From contig NC_087251.1 of NCBI RefSeq assembly GCF_037042905.1, positions 1,178,001 through 1,242,000 of the forward strand: a stretch of 64,000 nucleotides of DNA, in the 5' to 3' direction. The notes beneath the pieces are model-generated. The model saw only the letters and a list, made by a program, of their open reading frames with translations, was not told the origin of the DNA and searched no databases. Of the stretch, positions 25,201-38,402 are shown one piece after another; position 1 is the stretch's first letter; each line of letters starts with the position of its first letter. The position numbers were made by a program, and so were the translations under genes. This stretch comes from Lytechinus pictus (lineage: Eukaryota).

Positions 25201-27252
25201 AACATGTATTTCAGATGTTGACATTGCTGGCTTTGTAAGACGGGCCCCTGGTCACTCTCAAAATGTTTCTAAAGAAATTCTGTCCTCCAATGATATAAAA
25301 CTTAGTTTGACTCTTAATGGAACTTACATGTGCATGTACCTCATTGAATTGATTGTGAATGTTGAAGTGCTCATAATCACCAAAATCTATAATAATCAAG
25401 TTACATCCATTTATACACTGTATACTGTATAGACATTGTAGAGGGTGTTTCTAAAAAAAGGTAACCGAAGTTCAAAGGTCAGCTATATCAAGAATACATA
25501 ATTTATTCTTGTGATTTTCATTCTACATGATTGAGTAACTCATCAAGTTTAATTTGACACCTTTCTTGCGTCACAATTGTCACAGGAGTTATGGTCCATC
25601 TAAGGGGAAGGGTGCACAACCCACTTTTTATGGTTTTAATGTACATACATGTATGAAACCGGCTGACTGTATTAAAGATAAAGACTCTTAAGAAGCAAAG
25701 TACAAGATGCAGATCAGCTAGAGCTCAAGCTTGTTGTAGTGGCATGGGTAGAGTCTATCCATAATTGAAGGAACATGGCTGGATGGCAGTATTAACATGA
25801 TGCTAGGAGGCCCAAAACTAGGGTACACGTTTTCTACTTTTCCATGAACCAAACATATAACCAGGAATACAAGTATGTGGGAGTGTTTTAATGAAGCTGT
25901 TACAAATGTAGGAAATATAAATCTCAATTGGAATATTTATGGAAGCAAAGTGCTGGCTTATATTCAATTATTTTGAATAAGATCAGAAAGCGAATACATA
26001 CTTTGTACATGTATGCAAATTATATTGGTGTTCACATAATTTAGAGTGTGATATAATTTGAATCCATGATTTTATTGAAATTATTAGACCCACAGTTATC
26101 TTCTCAATCAATGATTTCAAGAACTGTACTTTCTTTTGCACCAGTACAATGTATGTTTACATACCAAGGTGCACTTAGTGTCAAACCAATAAAGGCACAA
26201 GTAATTTTGCTGTTTTTTACTGAATATCATTCTTTGATAATATCACATAACCTTTTTGTACATTTCTAATGATTCATCCAATTTAATTTATGTATATTTT
26301 TATGCATAAAAAGGCTATTTTCTTTCATTATCTTATCCCTATATCATATACCGGTAGCCAATTTCATGTCTGGGTGAATATAATGATTAATAATGCATGT
26401 TGTGTAATAAAAGATACCCAACGTATCCCTGTGCAATTGACCATTGATTGGTTTTGTGTAAGCTATATCTTGAAATATAATCTGATCACACTGGGGACTA
26501 GACAATACAGGAATAAGGTTCCTTTTTGACAGGTCTACCTATTTGATAAAGGTTTAAAAAGGGGGCCAAAGTGTGGACACTAGAGTCTGTAGGCCTGATC
26601 ATAAAGCAGATTTTAATGTACAGTTATTTCTATATGGTTCATGAATATAAGAAATTGTGTTCTTTCCTGCCTTTTTGCTATTTGAATAATTGATTTCATT
26701 TTTTGTTCGTGTATTAATTTGAATTTCTAATATTAAAGGGGTTCCAAGTCCACTCTGATACTATTTTGGTTTAAAGTTTTTAAACAGAAAAAGGAAACAT
26801 GTATGAAGGTTGACAAAGAACCAAAGAATAACAATGTTCAGAATTTTGTAGGTTTCGATTGTGTGACGTCACATGTGAACAGCTACATGTACCTCGTATA
26901 TTATGGAATATAAAGTCCATAAAACCCCATTCTTTTATGGTTCATGATGCCTGAAATAAAAATCAGATTTTTTCATGTAAGTCTGCATATATGAAATAAT
27001 ATGTTTCGTGATCAATATACATGTATCAATATTGGTAATTTTCTTAGAAATAACATATAGGGTAGGCTACTAATGGCCTGTGACATCACAGAACTAATTA
27101 AAACTAACCCAATATCAGGATCAACTTACTATTTCTTTCACATTATTTTCATTTTATTTGTTATTCATTCATTTATTTTTGTGGCATTATACATTTAGTT
27201 TATTTCAGTCAAAATTTGATGCTCAGAAAAAAGTGCAAACTTTGTCAGATGT

Positions 27253-27755
27253 TTTTAGCAACACAATAGGGCCGTCTGCACCAGCCCGACTTTTAGCAAG
27301 ATAATAGGGCCGTCTGCACCGGCCCTAGTTTTAGCAACACAATAGGGCCGTCTGCACCAGCCCGACTTATCAAATTAACGCACTATTTCTGATTCGGCAA
27401 ATTATCTTGATCTGAACAATCTCGATATTATTTGTAATGGAGACGAAATTATCGCGCTAGTTCGCAGGATTAATCTCAAGATTGCAATCCCAAGTCAACT
27501 TTGGTTATTTGCCAAATAGCGCGCTATTTTACGAATAAGCCTGCTAATTGGCAAGTACAGACGCACTCAGGATTACAAGTATGCATTCACGGCATCAGAC
27601 CATAATGCATCGAAGCCTCGTTCGAGCGGGAATCGCTCTTCTTGTGATGGTGGAGACAGGGTTTCTTGAATCTGAAGATTAATCGCAAAGAGGGCCGATC
27701 GGGCTAACATCTCGAGATTGAGCAAATTTGGGCTGGTGCAGCACTGCCTATTATG
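27253..27755. mobile_element. Small TIR element whose left terminus is triplicated as a 38-bp tandem repeat (27253-27366)
   Basis: TTTTAGCAACACAATAGGGCCGTCTGCACCAGCCCGAC occurs three times. The inverted partner GGGCTGGTGCAGCACTGCCTATTATG is at 27730-27755. Confidence 0.65.
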
Positions 27756-27759
27756 TCTG

Positions 27760-30380
27760 CAGTGGCATAACAGGCGGGGGGCAGGAGGGGTGCAAGCTGC
27801 CCCCCCTGGCGGATTTCACCAGGAAAAAAACGGGAAAAAGAGCAAAGGGAGGGAGAAAGAAAGGGAAAGGGGAAGGAAAGGGGAAAAGGAAAGGAGGAAA
27901 AGGAAAGGGAAAAGTGAAAAGAAAACGAAGATGACAAAGTGGCAAACAATAGCGGGAAATGAAGGTAGAATGGAATTAGTCAAAAGCTAAATTGGAAAAC
28001 AAAGAAAAGGGAGAAAAAAAAAAACACTTAATAACACGACCGGGCTGCCGAGGATTGAAAATAAAGAGCGGGAAGAAAGATAGACAGCATACAACATTGT
28101 GCTATAAGCTTTCTAAATTTCATGCAAATAAGCTACCAGGGCTTTGCCCCAGCCCCCCCCCCCCTGAGTAGGGGCTCTTCATCTATAACCTTCAAATGGC
28201 TCTATAAGGCCCCCTTGTAGGGACCCTTCCTACATTAAGCTTTACGTGATCAATGGCGTACAGGCGCGGGGGAGGGGATCTTGGTTCCACACACAACAGG
28301 AAATAAAAGAAATTATAGGAGACAACGTATAATGAAATAAATGGAAACAACGAAATGTGTTATTTGCAGAATAGAATGGAAAATCTATCACATAATTAGA
28401 ATTTAATTTCAATAGGCAATTTTTTTTTCCAGCTCACTTTAATTGCTCGCAGGCGTTTTTTTTTTATACAAATTTTCCCACATTGCTATGTTTTGCCCCC
28501 TCAAAATATTTGGGTCATTACTGGGATGAATAAATGTGTTGTGTAAAAGCTATAAATTTTGTATATACCCGCGATTTTTGATTAAAAATAGCAGCAATCT
28601 GCGTTTAAATGGCTTTGATATCAACCGCATAGCACTGCCGTATGGAAGGGTTGGGCCATGGCCCCAACAGTTCTACAACCAAGAACAAAAAAAGGAGGAA
28701 AGAAAAGCAAAGCAAAAGTGTAGGGTATGATTTTATTTACTGAATATAATGTCAAAAAGGTATCTCAAAGTTAGTTTCTCATGAATAGGTGATTTTTTTT
28801 CTTGCTTGCTTCGCTCGCTCGGGACTTATATTAAGCAGCTTTTTAGCACATGCGCCATACTGCACCCCTCATTTTTTGTCTCGCCTGCATAGCAGAGCGA
28901 GAATATAGGCGCCGCTTTTCCGACGGCGTCAACATCAAATCTTAACCTAAGGTTAAGTTTTTGAAATGACATCATAACTTAAAAAGTATATGGACCTAGT
29001 TCATGAAACTTGGACATAAGGTTAATCAAGTATTACTGAACATCCTGCCTGAGTTTCAGGTCACATGACCAAGGTCAAAGGTCATTTAGGGTCAATGAAC
29101 TTAGACCATGTTGGGAAAATTATTTTCAAAATCTTAACCGAAGGTTAAGTTTTTGAAATGACATCATAACTTAAAAAGTATATGGACCTAGTTCATGAAA
29201 CTTGGGCATAAGGTTAATCAAGTATTAGTGAACATCCTGCTCGAGTTTCAGGTCACGTGACCAAGGTCAAAGGTCATTTAGGGTCAATGAACTTTGGTCA
29301 AGTTGGGGGCATTTGTTGAATTACTATCATAACTTTGAAAATTTATGGATCTAGTCCATGAAACTTGGACATTAGGTTAATCAAGTACCACTGAATATCC
29401 TGTGTGAGTTTCAGGTCACATGACCATGGTCAATGGTCATTTAAGGTCAATGAACTTTGGCCGTGTTGGGCGTATATGTTAAATTACCATCCTAACTCTG
29501 AAAGTTTATGGATCTAGTTCATAAAACTTGGACATAAGAGTAATCAAGTATCACTGAACATCCTGTACGAGTTTCAGGTCACATGACCATGGTCAAAGGT
29601 CATTAAAGGTCAATGAACTTTGGCCGTGTTGGGGGTATTTGTTGAATTACCATCCTAACTCTGAAAGTTTATGGATCTAGTTCATAAAACTTGGGATATA
29701 AGAGTAATCAAGCTTCACTGAACATCCCCTGTGAGTTTCAGGTCACAAAACCAAGTCAAAGGTCAGTTAAGGTCAATAAACTTAGGCCATGTTGGGGTAA
29801 TTGTTGAAGTGCCATCATAACTTTGAAAGTTTATGGATAGAGAATGAATGAAATGTGGACATGGGTGTAGTTGACAAGTCTTAAGTCACCGTTCAAATGT
29901 CATCTATGGTCAATGAACGTGGTATTATATCATTATATGAATGGTGTTTTTGTGAATGATTATTTTATAGTAGTTTTCAAAGTTAGCACTGCTGCTATGT
30001 TAAATTGCGTAATGCAGGCGAGACTGCCAGAGGCGTTCCACTTGTTTTTTACTCTTCACGCTACTGCCGCAAAGAATCCTGTTCACAGTGGCGTATAGAC
30101 CACAAAAAAAGAACGGAAAGAGAGAAGAGTGAAATATATTATTCTCTGGATATCATGTCAAAATCTATCACAAAATTGGATTTTTGTATTAAAATTGTCA
30201 AAAATTTTGCTCGCTCGCTCGCATTGTTTTTAAAAAAAAGATAGACTCTGCCCGATATTCAATATCTGGCCCTCTCAAAATCGTCGCCTCATTACACCAT
30301 TACGCCTGTTCATACCATGATATGACTGGGAAATTTTTGGCTCTTGCCCCCCCTGGCCACCGACCCCTGTTACGCCGCTG
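27760..30380. mobile_element. Non-autonomous hAT-like element with 8-bp TSD, hosting a HINE insertion
   Basis: TATGTCTG|CAGTGGCATAACAGG ... CCTGTTACGCCGCTG|TATGTCTG. Confidence 0.85.
28872..30046 (+). mobile_element. HINE/DINE-1-like (Helentron-associated) element, family A, full-length with a central ~163-192-bp tandem array
   Basis: 13-bp subTIRs GTCTCGCCTGCAT (28878-28890) and ATGCAGGCGAGAC (30012-30024), a 5' hairpin, T-rich ends with no TSD, and about five to six internal repeat units. Confidence 0.88.
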
Positions 30381-30948
30381 TATGTCTGCGGATTAGATTT
30401 TAATTTCAATTCATTCAAATTGCGAAAACCACAGGAACTATAAATCTGTCTATAGATGATGAGAGAAGAATTGATGATGCTTTTTTGCACTCAGGGTATT
30501 CATGAACTTGTAGAGTATTCTTAAATTTCAATATTTTCTAGACTCTTCATGAGTAATCTCCCTGAAATGAAATCTCATGATAGTACAATGTTCCAAAATA
30601 TACACAACAAAAAAAGTAAGTCCCCCCTAAATCAAATTGCTGTAACTTTCGAATGGAATTATTTTGAGATATGATATTTCGTAGGTGGTTTTCTCCATTC
30701 ATTAGGCAACTCCTGGAGAAAAATGAGATTGATCAGTTGAGTCTAACAAGAGTAATTAAAGATTGAATTAAAAATGACCATTTTTGAAAGTCACAAGAGT
30801 CGTTTTTCAGATTGTGCAAATACAAAGTTGGGCAAAAGTTGTTTTTATGTGAATTTTATGGTGTTATTGCTGTTTTACTATACATCATTTAGCCACTCCA
30901 CACACAATTTTGATATCGCATGTTCATGGTTGAGTGAGCACAATATTG

Positions 30949-31122
30949 CAGGGGCCGCGGAAGAGGGGTGGGGGGGCTCAGCCCCCCCCTTTTTTTCCAA
31001 AATCATGTACAAAAATGTAATAATGACCATATGATTGTGATTTTTTGCATGGTCAGCCCCCCTCCCCCCACTTTTGGCTCAGCCCCTCCCCCCACACTTT
31101 GAAAACCGTTCCACAGCCCCTG
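30949..31122. mobile_element. MITE with CAGGGG termini and 5-bp TSD (hAT5-like)
   Basis: TATTG|CAGGGGCCGCGGAA ... TTCCACAGCCCCTG|TATTG. Confidence 0.8.
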
Positions 31123-31679
31123 TATTGTGACGTATCATCATAGGTGTTTTTGGTAGTATCCTCTACAACTTGTTAGGTCATATTAAAATTTGAAAGTGTT
31201 GGTGGCTCCCCCGATTATAGGCCCCTCCCCCATTTTAAAATTCTGGCTCCACCACTGATTTGTCCATAAATTAAACTGATCATGAGAAATTGTTAGGAAA
31301 ATAATACATTTATGCAGTGTAAAGAGTATTCATTCCTAAGTTTTCGAATGTGCTCACTCAACCATGAAAATGTTTAAAGTTCGGAAAGTGTGTGGTGATA
31401 GAAATGATAGATGATAAAAACAACAGCAATTAAAGTCACATTTGAAACCGAATTTGCCCCCATATTCACCTTATTACCCTTTAAAATCAGTCTGTGACAT
31501 TGAAAATACAAATTTTCTCACTTTGATGCGTGCTCACTCATCCATAAATAAACAAATCGATTTAATTTTTGCACAGAATTCTGCCCATAGGTTGATAAAC
31601 ATTACTGCCAAATGACATTGCTAAAGACAGCCTTGACAAAAAGTTCCACCATATTGAATAAGGGGTTCCTTATTCTTAA

Positions 31680-32271
31680 AGGACAAGTCCACCGAAAAAC
31701 AAAAAGTTTATTTGAATAAAAAGAGAAAAATCCAACAAGCATAACACTGAAAATTTCATCAAAATCGGATGTAAAATAAGAAAGTTATGACATTTCAAAG
31801 TTTCGCTTAATTTCACAAAACAGTTATATGCACATCCTGGCTGGTATGCAAATGAGGAGACTATGACGTCATCCACTCACTATTTCTTTTGTATTTTATT
31901 ATATGAAATATGAAATATTCTAATTATGTCCTCATTGTCAAGTGAAAAACAATTAATTCCTCCCTGAACATGTGGAATTAGCATTGTTTAACACTATATG
32001 GTTCAGTCAAGTCGGTACTTATTGTCAAATCTATAAAAAATGAAATATTGCATAATTCAAACAATAAAAAACAAAAGAAATAGTGAGTGATGGACATCAT
32101 CAACTGACTCAACTAGTTGTGCATATCACTGTTTTGTGAAAAATAAGCGAAACTTTAAAATGTCATAACTTTCTTATTTTACATCCGATTTTGATGAAAT
32201 TTTCAGCAATATGCTAGTTTGATTTTTCTCTATTTATTCAAGTCAGCATTTTCCTGGGGTGGACTTGACCT
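31680..32271. mobile_element. Near-palindromic MITE with TTAA TSD, Kolobok-like
   Basis: TTAA|AGGACAAGTCCACC ... GGTGGACTTGACCT|TTAA, with long inverted arms (GAAAATTTCATCAAAATCGGATGTAAAATAAGAAAGTTATGACATTT and its complement). Confidence 0.88.
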
Positions 32272-35200
32272 TTAAACATATGCACCCATAATGAACACAA
32301 GTCTTTGAGAGAGGAAGTCAAAATTTTAATAAATATGAAATGAGGGTCTGTTTCATGGACGGTTTTTGTTACTTCTGCCAACAGTTATTTCATGAAACTT
32401 CGCACCTGGCTTCAGAGTAACACTATCCAAAAGGCGCGCACACCAAAATAACAAGTCGATACGGCACAGAGTGGGGCCAAGGCCTTGAACACTCGTCTCA
32501 TTTGCATAAATTTCGAATATTGTGTGCTCACTGATGCATTAAACATCGGGATTTTCATAAAAATCAAATCAAATGAACCATGCAAGGAGGTTTGTGACAG
32601 ATATCCATAGTTACAAATTGCATTTTCTTCCAATAACGTAAAAAAGAACTAATCACATTCCAAATGTTCATTCAAGCGTGAATGTTTAATTAAACGCCTT
32701 TGAATCATTGAAGCATGTTAATTGGTCATGAACATAACGAAAAAGTTGACAAAAGATCAGTTTCAGTTACCAAAATGAAACAATACTTGCCTATGATATT
32801 TGAAAATCATATTTTTTGTTTTCAATAAATGTTCATTGAACCGTGAAACGATGAATATTGTTGAAGATACTCTTCCCCAAAATAACTGTCATCATATTCT
32901 ATCATTTTTATTGATAAAAATGTGTAAAAAATCCAATTATAGCAAATTTGGACTTGTGTTAATTCAACCGTAAAATTTAGCCAAAAAAGTTGTATCTTTT
33001 TTTAGAAAGTACCTTTTACAAGCCTTTTGACTATTTTTTATGATGAGAATGTGGCATTACTTCCAATAAAATGGAATCAAAGTCATGATATTTGGCTTGT
33101 GACTTTTGAAAAGTGACATTTTTGCCTTCTGACGGTGCTCACTGAAGCATGACGTAAAATACGTCCATAACATTTACTCAGAGGGTAGCTTATAAAATTA
33201 CCTACACGCTCATGTAAAAATATATTAAAAACTCGCATTGGTTCGGAAATTATTGATGTTTGTTTAAGGGGGACTTACTTTTTTTGTTGTGTATATATAA
33301 AGCATTTTAAAAGTACAAGTAACCTGTGGGTTCATGGGGCAAGTGACTGTACATTGAGCATGTCCATTTACTTTCTATTTATTGAATGATCCAACGTGGT
33401 TTTATCCCCATGGACTATAGGAAAATTTGCAAATATTTACCTCACCTCATCTCCCCTCACAGGTACACATACATGTAGTGGTTCTTGCTACTGCAATTAA
33501 ATTGACTTCACCCAATTTATTATTAACAAAATTAGGAGCTGAGTAAAATGCTCTAATGAAGTCTTATGGATGAATCCACCAGATAGCAATATCGCCTGCA
33601 TGCCTGTCTATGCCTTGCAAGTACAGACTAGATAGATTACTGTAGTGTTTTGTGGTCTTCATTTTCTAATGATCATTTAGGCCACTATTATGTACAAAAT
33701 ACACATGTATTGTAAATTATCAGAAGAGATATTAACTTCAGATTGCAATTTTTGCATGGTTTTATAAACCAAAGGTTTTCTTATTTTCATTAAAATAAAA
33801 ATTGTATACTTTACAGTGGAGTCTGGCTTACCCATGTACAATATTTGTACCTATTCTCCACTTCCTGTGAAGCACTCTATTACTGAGTAGACAAAGTGAA
33901 ACTGTACATTGAGTTTGTATCTTATTGGGTACCTATTTATAACCAGGCTGGAGAGTGGAAAGTGAGAATTAGCCAGGGTTACTCCAGAACCACCCACCCC
34001 CCCCCTCCCCAAATACCCCCAAAATGATATGAGTAGGTCTGAATCTGCCCTGAATGCCTTCCTGAATCCAACCACATTTTATCTGAACACATCCCAAATG
34101 TTGCTTGAATGAAATTTGTCAAAGCCAAATTCAGGATTATTTTGGAGGGTATTTGGATGGTTTTGAACATTTCAAAACAAACCAAAGCCCTCCACAAATT
34201 TTCCAGAATCTCTACCAAATTTTTGCTCATTCGGGGAGGGAGAATGCTCCTGAATCTTCCGAATACAGTGTATGTGTTTTCGGGTGGATTTGTAGGTGAT
34301 TCGGGGTAATCGAGGCTTTTGCATCTTGCGAAAAAACTCTTGTGTTACTGTGTGATTTGAATCCCAGATCCTGTGCTTTGTAGTTGAGGGAATTATCCAT
34401 TAATCCTTACTTATTAAAGCACTCTGAATAGTACAAGGATAATCATGAAAAGCAGAGAAATATTGACACCTACTAACATGCAGATAAAGATTCAATTTGT
34501 GCAAATTGCTTTGTGGTTACATTCTATATTATGAAAAAGCAAAAGTAGATTTAATCAATTCAAACTTTAAGGAAGGTGATCATGCCCATATAGTTCAAAC
34601 CCTGTCAGAGTTGGATAGTACCCCAATGATTTACATATAAATCAAAGGAAATCAGATAGGGGAGTCATCAAAGGGGGATCTATAATGATGATGACTGTCT
34701 TATTAAATCCTTTAAATATTGCTTTCAGAATCAATCAATCATTGTTGAAGATTTAATTATATGGACATGATTCTGGAGTTTCTCCCAGAGTCATGCTACA
34801 TGACTACTACTGTAGTGAAATTTCACATCTTTTTTTAGTTTATCAGGACATCCTATCCATATTTTTTTCACAGTATTTTTCAATTTGGACTTGGAGAACA
34901 AAAAATATATAGAGCAGCGTAAATGATCAAAACTAAAAAATGTACATATACTCATGCAGTACAAGGAACAACTAATATTTAAGAGTAGATTTATTTTTTT
35001 CCATAAATGTCACCTTTGGATGTACATGACTGAACTTCAAATTTACCTATCTTAAACATCAATTTAGTCATTTTTATTCTACATGTAGCTAACAAAAAAA
35101 ACCCAAAAAACAATACACCACTCCGCCCCCCTTTCTTAACAAGAACTTTAGGGCCAGCCGAGCAGAATGAGAAATTTATGCGAAAGCATATGTCATACAC

Positions 35201-36244
35201 CTGAAAGAAGAAAAGGTCATTTTTAAAAACCAATGTAAACTTTAATGCCCTACTCTATATTGAGAAGAATGTTGATTTTTATCTTCTCTAATGGAACATG
35301 TAGGCGCATTGTCCAAGGGCTGTGTTTCAGCATAATTTTTGGGGCGAGAATCATAAACATGGATGGTGGATTAAAACACTGGTGGTGTATGATAGCAAAA
35401 GTACAGATATAGGAATAATTGAAGTTACACTGTATATAATCTAAAATATGGTACAAATGTAGTTTGTGCATAATAACAGTTGGGGGTTTGTGTCAGAGAT
35501 GGAAAAAAAAACGAAAGAAACAACAAAATTGGTATGTACTGTATCTACATGTACTTGTCAGCCTGAATGGAATGCTATGAGCACCTTAATGGTGGCAAAG
35601 ATCCATTCTGTGCAATCTATGTGTAAAATCCACCTGCAGTAAATGTGAGAGTGTGTCACATTCTATACAATCTCATTCAGAAATCAAATGTCAATTCCCA
35701 ATGCCTTCTGTAAAATGAAGGTCAAGATAGATGCAATTAAAGAGTAGCACTGTTTCTTCCTCATATGAATTCAATTTAGTCAATTTTCATACCCCAAGTA
35801 ATTTTTGTGATGTTGTCAAAGACCCTTTTCCTTATTTTATTCCAAGGAGATTAAACTTACCAATAACCTTCCTCATTTGTTGTAGAACTAGTTTTTACTT
35901 TAATTGTTCATCAGTATTTCACCTGACCAATGTTCATGTAGGCCTACATTTACCGGTACACCCAATTACATGTACATGTTTTTAGGCTATTTATTTTTTT
36001 TTGTACGTTTTATATCTAATATTAATCAGCAAAATAACATACATGTAGAACAAGATTGGAGTGTTCTAAAATTACAATAAACTGCATAAAATACAATTAC
36101 TCTCCCTACATGTATGAATGTACATGTACAGTACATCTACTAGATGATTTTTAAGTGATGTCATCATTGTGACGTGTACACATGTACTTTTTAAAACAAA
36201 ATACAATATGAAATTCAAAAATATATAGTAGAAAGTCAAAAGGG

Positions 36245-36283
36245 GCCTAAGCTTTCGATCCTAGCAGAATCTTCGTCGGAGGC
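36245..36283 (-). ncRNA. Minimal hammerhead-ribozyme-like motif of the Penelope-like retroelement terminal-repeat type
   Basis: The minus strand reads GCCT-CCGACGA-A-GATTC-TGCTA-GGATC-GAAA-GC-TT-AGGC. This gives stem I GCCU/AGGC, stem II GAUUC/GGAUC, GAAA and palindromic AAGCUU, with one core deviation (U4C). Confidence 0.55.
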
Positions 36284-38003
36284 AAAATATAGTTTCTATC
36301 AATGGAAATGCTGAAAGGTGTATGTTAACCAACAATGTAGCCAGAATTTTCAATTAGGGAGTTCAATTCCTTTTTCTTTCCTTGCTGAAAAAAATTGAGG
36401 AGTAAAAAAAAAGTCAAAGGTTTTGACCATTTCGTCTCAGAAAAAATTTGACAAGCAAAATAAAAACGGGTCATCGATCTGAAATGGACCCCCCCCCCCC
36501 CCCCCCGGCTACGGGCTTTTCAACCATATGCTGTGTGACTGAAGGTTGTGATATTTGTTGGTCATCATCAGTCAGTGAATGAAGGCGTAATATGAGTAAT
36601 CAGACTTTCTTCCCATAAATTAATGTTTTGATTGGCAGTATGAGTCATATTCATTGACAGCACTTGAAGGAAGGGGAATCATTCCTGATGAATCTATTCA
36701 AGGTCCTACATCGGAATAAATTTCATAGAATATCATCTCAAGTACACAAATATCAATGCTTATGCTGAATTTTTTTATAGGGGAAAATCATACACATTTC
36801 CATGGCAATATCTTTAGGTACCATTCATAATGTACATGTACATGTAATGTAGACTTTAGAGCAATCGTAGAAAGCCTAGTTTAGAGCCACAAATAGCCGT
36901 TGGCTAACCAGAATCCATTGCCCAAATGATGAGAGCTTTCCCCCTTTCATTCTTGCATAATATCTGTATGCCATTAACATGTCTCCCATGACATTTGGTT
37001 TCCGCGCTAGATGAGTCTTTGCATTCTTTGCACACCTTGACTGCACTCACAAGTATTTGGCCTCTTTCCATCACTTTCTTCATTCTTCTCTCTCTCTCTC
37101 TTTCTCTCTAAACTCTTTTCTTTCTATCATGCATCTTTGACTATTTTATATCCCAAAGAATCTTTCTCTCTCTTCCCCTTTTTTATCTCTTACTCACTCT
37201 GTCTCCGATTCTCTTTAGCCTCTCTGTCTTTCTATCATCTGTCTCCTTCTACGAGGCCTTTTGATCTGTACTTCTTTATCCAAACTTCTTTATTTTGCCT
37301 TTGCTACAATCATAGGTAGAACCTCATGTATAGGCCTATATTACCTTTTCACCCGAACATGTTTGTGTAGTATTTTTGTACACACAAAATGATAGTTCTT
37401 TTGAAAATATATATATATACTAGTATCTCGTACGACAATATATATATTTTTTCTATACCTGTAGATGCTTGCCTCAATATTCATTTTCCCATGCTATTAT
37501 TAGCCTCTATTTACATGTACATGTACATCTCCAATGTTTAAATTCATGAGTACAGCATCTAATCAAGTCTTGCAACAACTCATTGCTATTCATATGACAT
37601 TTAGATGTTATTAGATCATATACCAGGCTAATACGATTCATAATGCTGAGAATATTTTCATCTTAATACTCAATCATGAACATACTATAATGCAGACTAA
37701 TACATACATCTTGGGACAGGAGGCGCTATGCCACAGTAATTCAGTTAACTTTTTTTATACCTGGCGTTCCCATGGTTGGTATTTCTTATTTTGTATTGTT
37801 TATACTGAAATGTATTTTTGTATTATTTGCCAAATAAATATAATGATATTAATGATAATAGTTCATTCAGCCAGAGAAACTATAATAGGGCCCGAATTCA
37901 CAAAGGTGGTATTTAAAACTGTTTGGGTTTTTTTACAATGAAAGAGAAGAAAATTCACTCTTAAAAAAAGATCAACCCAAAATATCATGTCTTGTTGACT
38001 TAA

Positions 38004-38402
38004 GGCCACCGCACACCTTACGACTGTTCGCGATCCGATTTTGGAACAAATCGCATTTTGCTCATTTTCTGAAGATGTTAATGGAACATATCATTTTATT
38101 TGAGCTTAAAATTAATTGAAAGAATAATATTATAACCATTTTGAAAGATTGCAAGCCTTTATTTTGGAGGACAAAGTAGTTTCAAATCGTAGCCAATCGT
38201 ACGACTGCTATGACGTCATTACGACTAGATGTTAAATTCGCTAGAAGGGTGATACCATAGTCACAGATTTGATCATAGGTATTCGTACGATGATTTAGAA
38301 CATTACACAGTAAGATATTCCAAGTCTCAATATTAGCATCAAATTCTACTACATTTTATTCTGAAATCAGGTCGCAGATCAGTCGTAAGGTGTGCGGTCG
38401 CC
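38004..38402. mobile_element. TTAA-flanked MITE
   Basis: TTAA|GGCCACCGCACACCTTACGACTG ... CAGTCGTAAGGTGTGCGGTCGCC|TTAA. Confidence 0.85.

Larger units (their letters stand above)
30603..33291. mobile_element. Non-autonomous TA-flanked DNA transposon (Tc1/mariner-like) containing two nested MITEs
   Basis: TA|CACAACAAAAAAAGTAAGTCCCCC ... GGGGGACTTACTTTTTTTGTTGTG|TA (24-bp perfect TIR). Confidence 0.85.

Noticed and set aside
27253..27366. 38-bp repeats as a CRISPR array
   Set aside because: The units are directly tandem with no unique spacers.
27704..27990. Lys/Arg/Glu-rich and Phe/Pro-rich ORFs (also 55275-55508 and 60138-60459)
   Set aside because: Low-complexity purine/pyrimidine tracts inside repeats or splice-acceptor regions.
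37060..37320. CT-rich tract followed by CATAG as a possible acceptor of a hidden exon
   Set aside because: No convincing downstream donor or coding signal.
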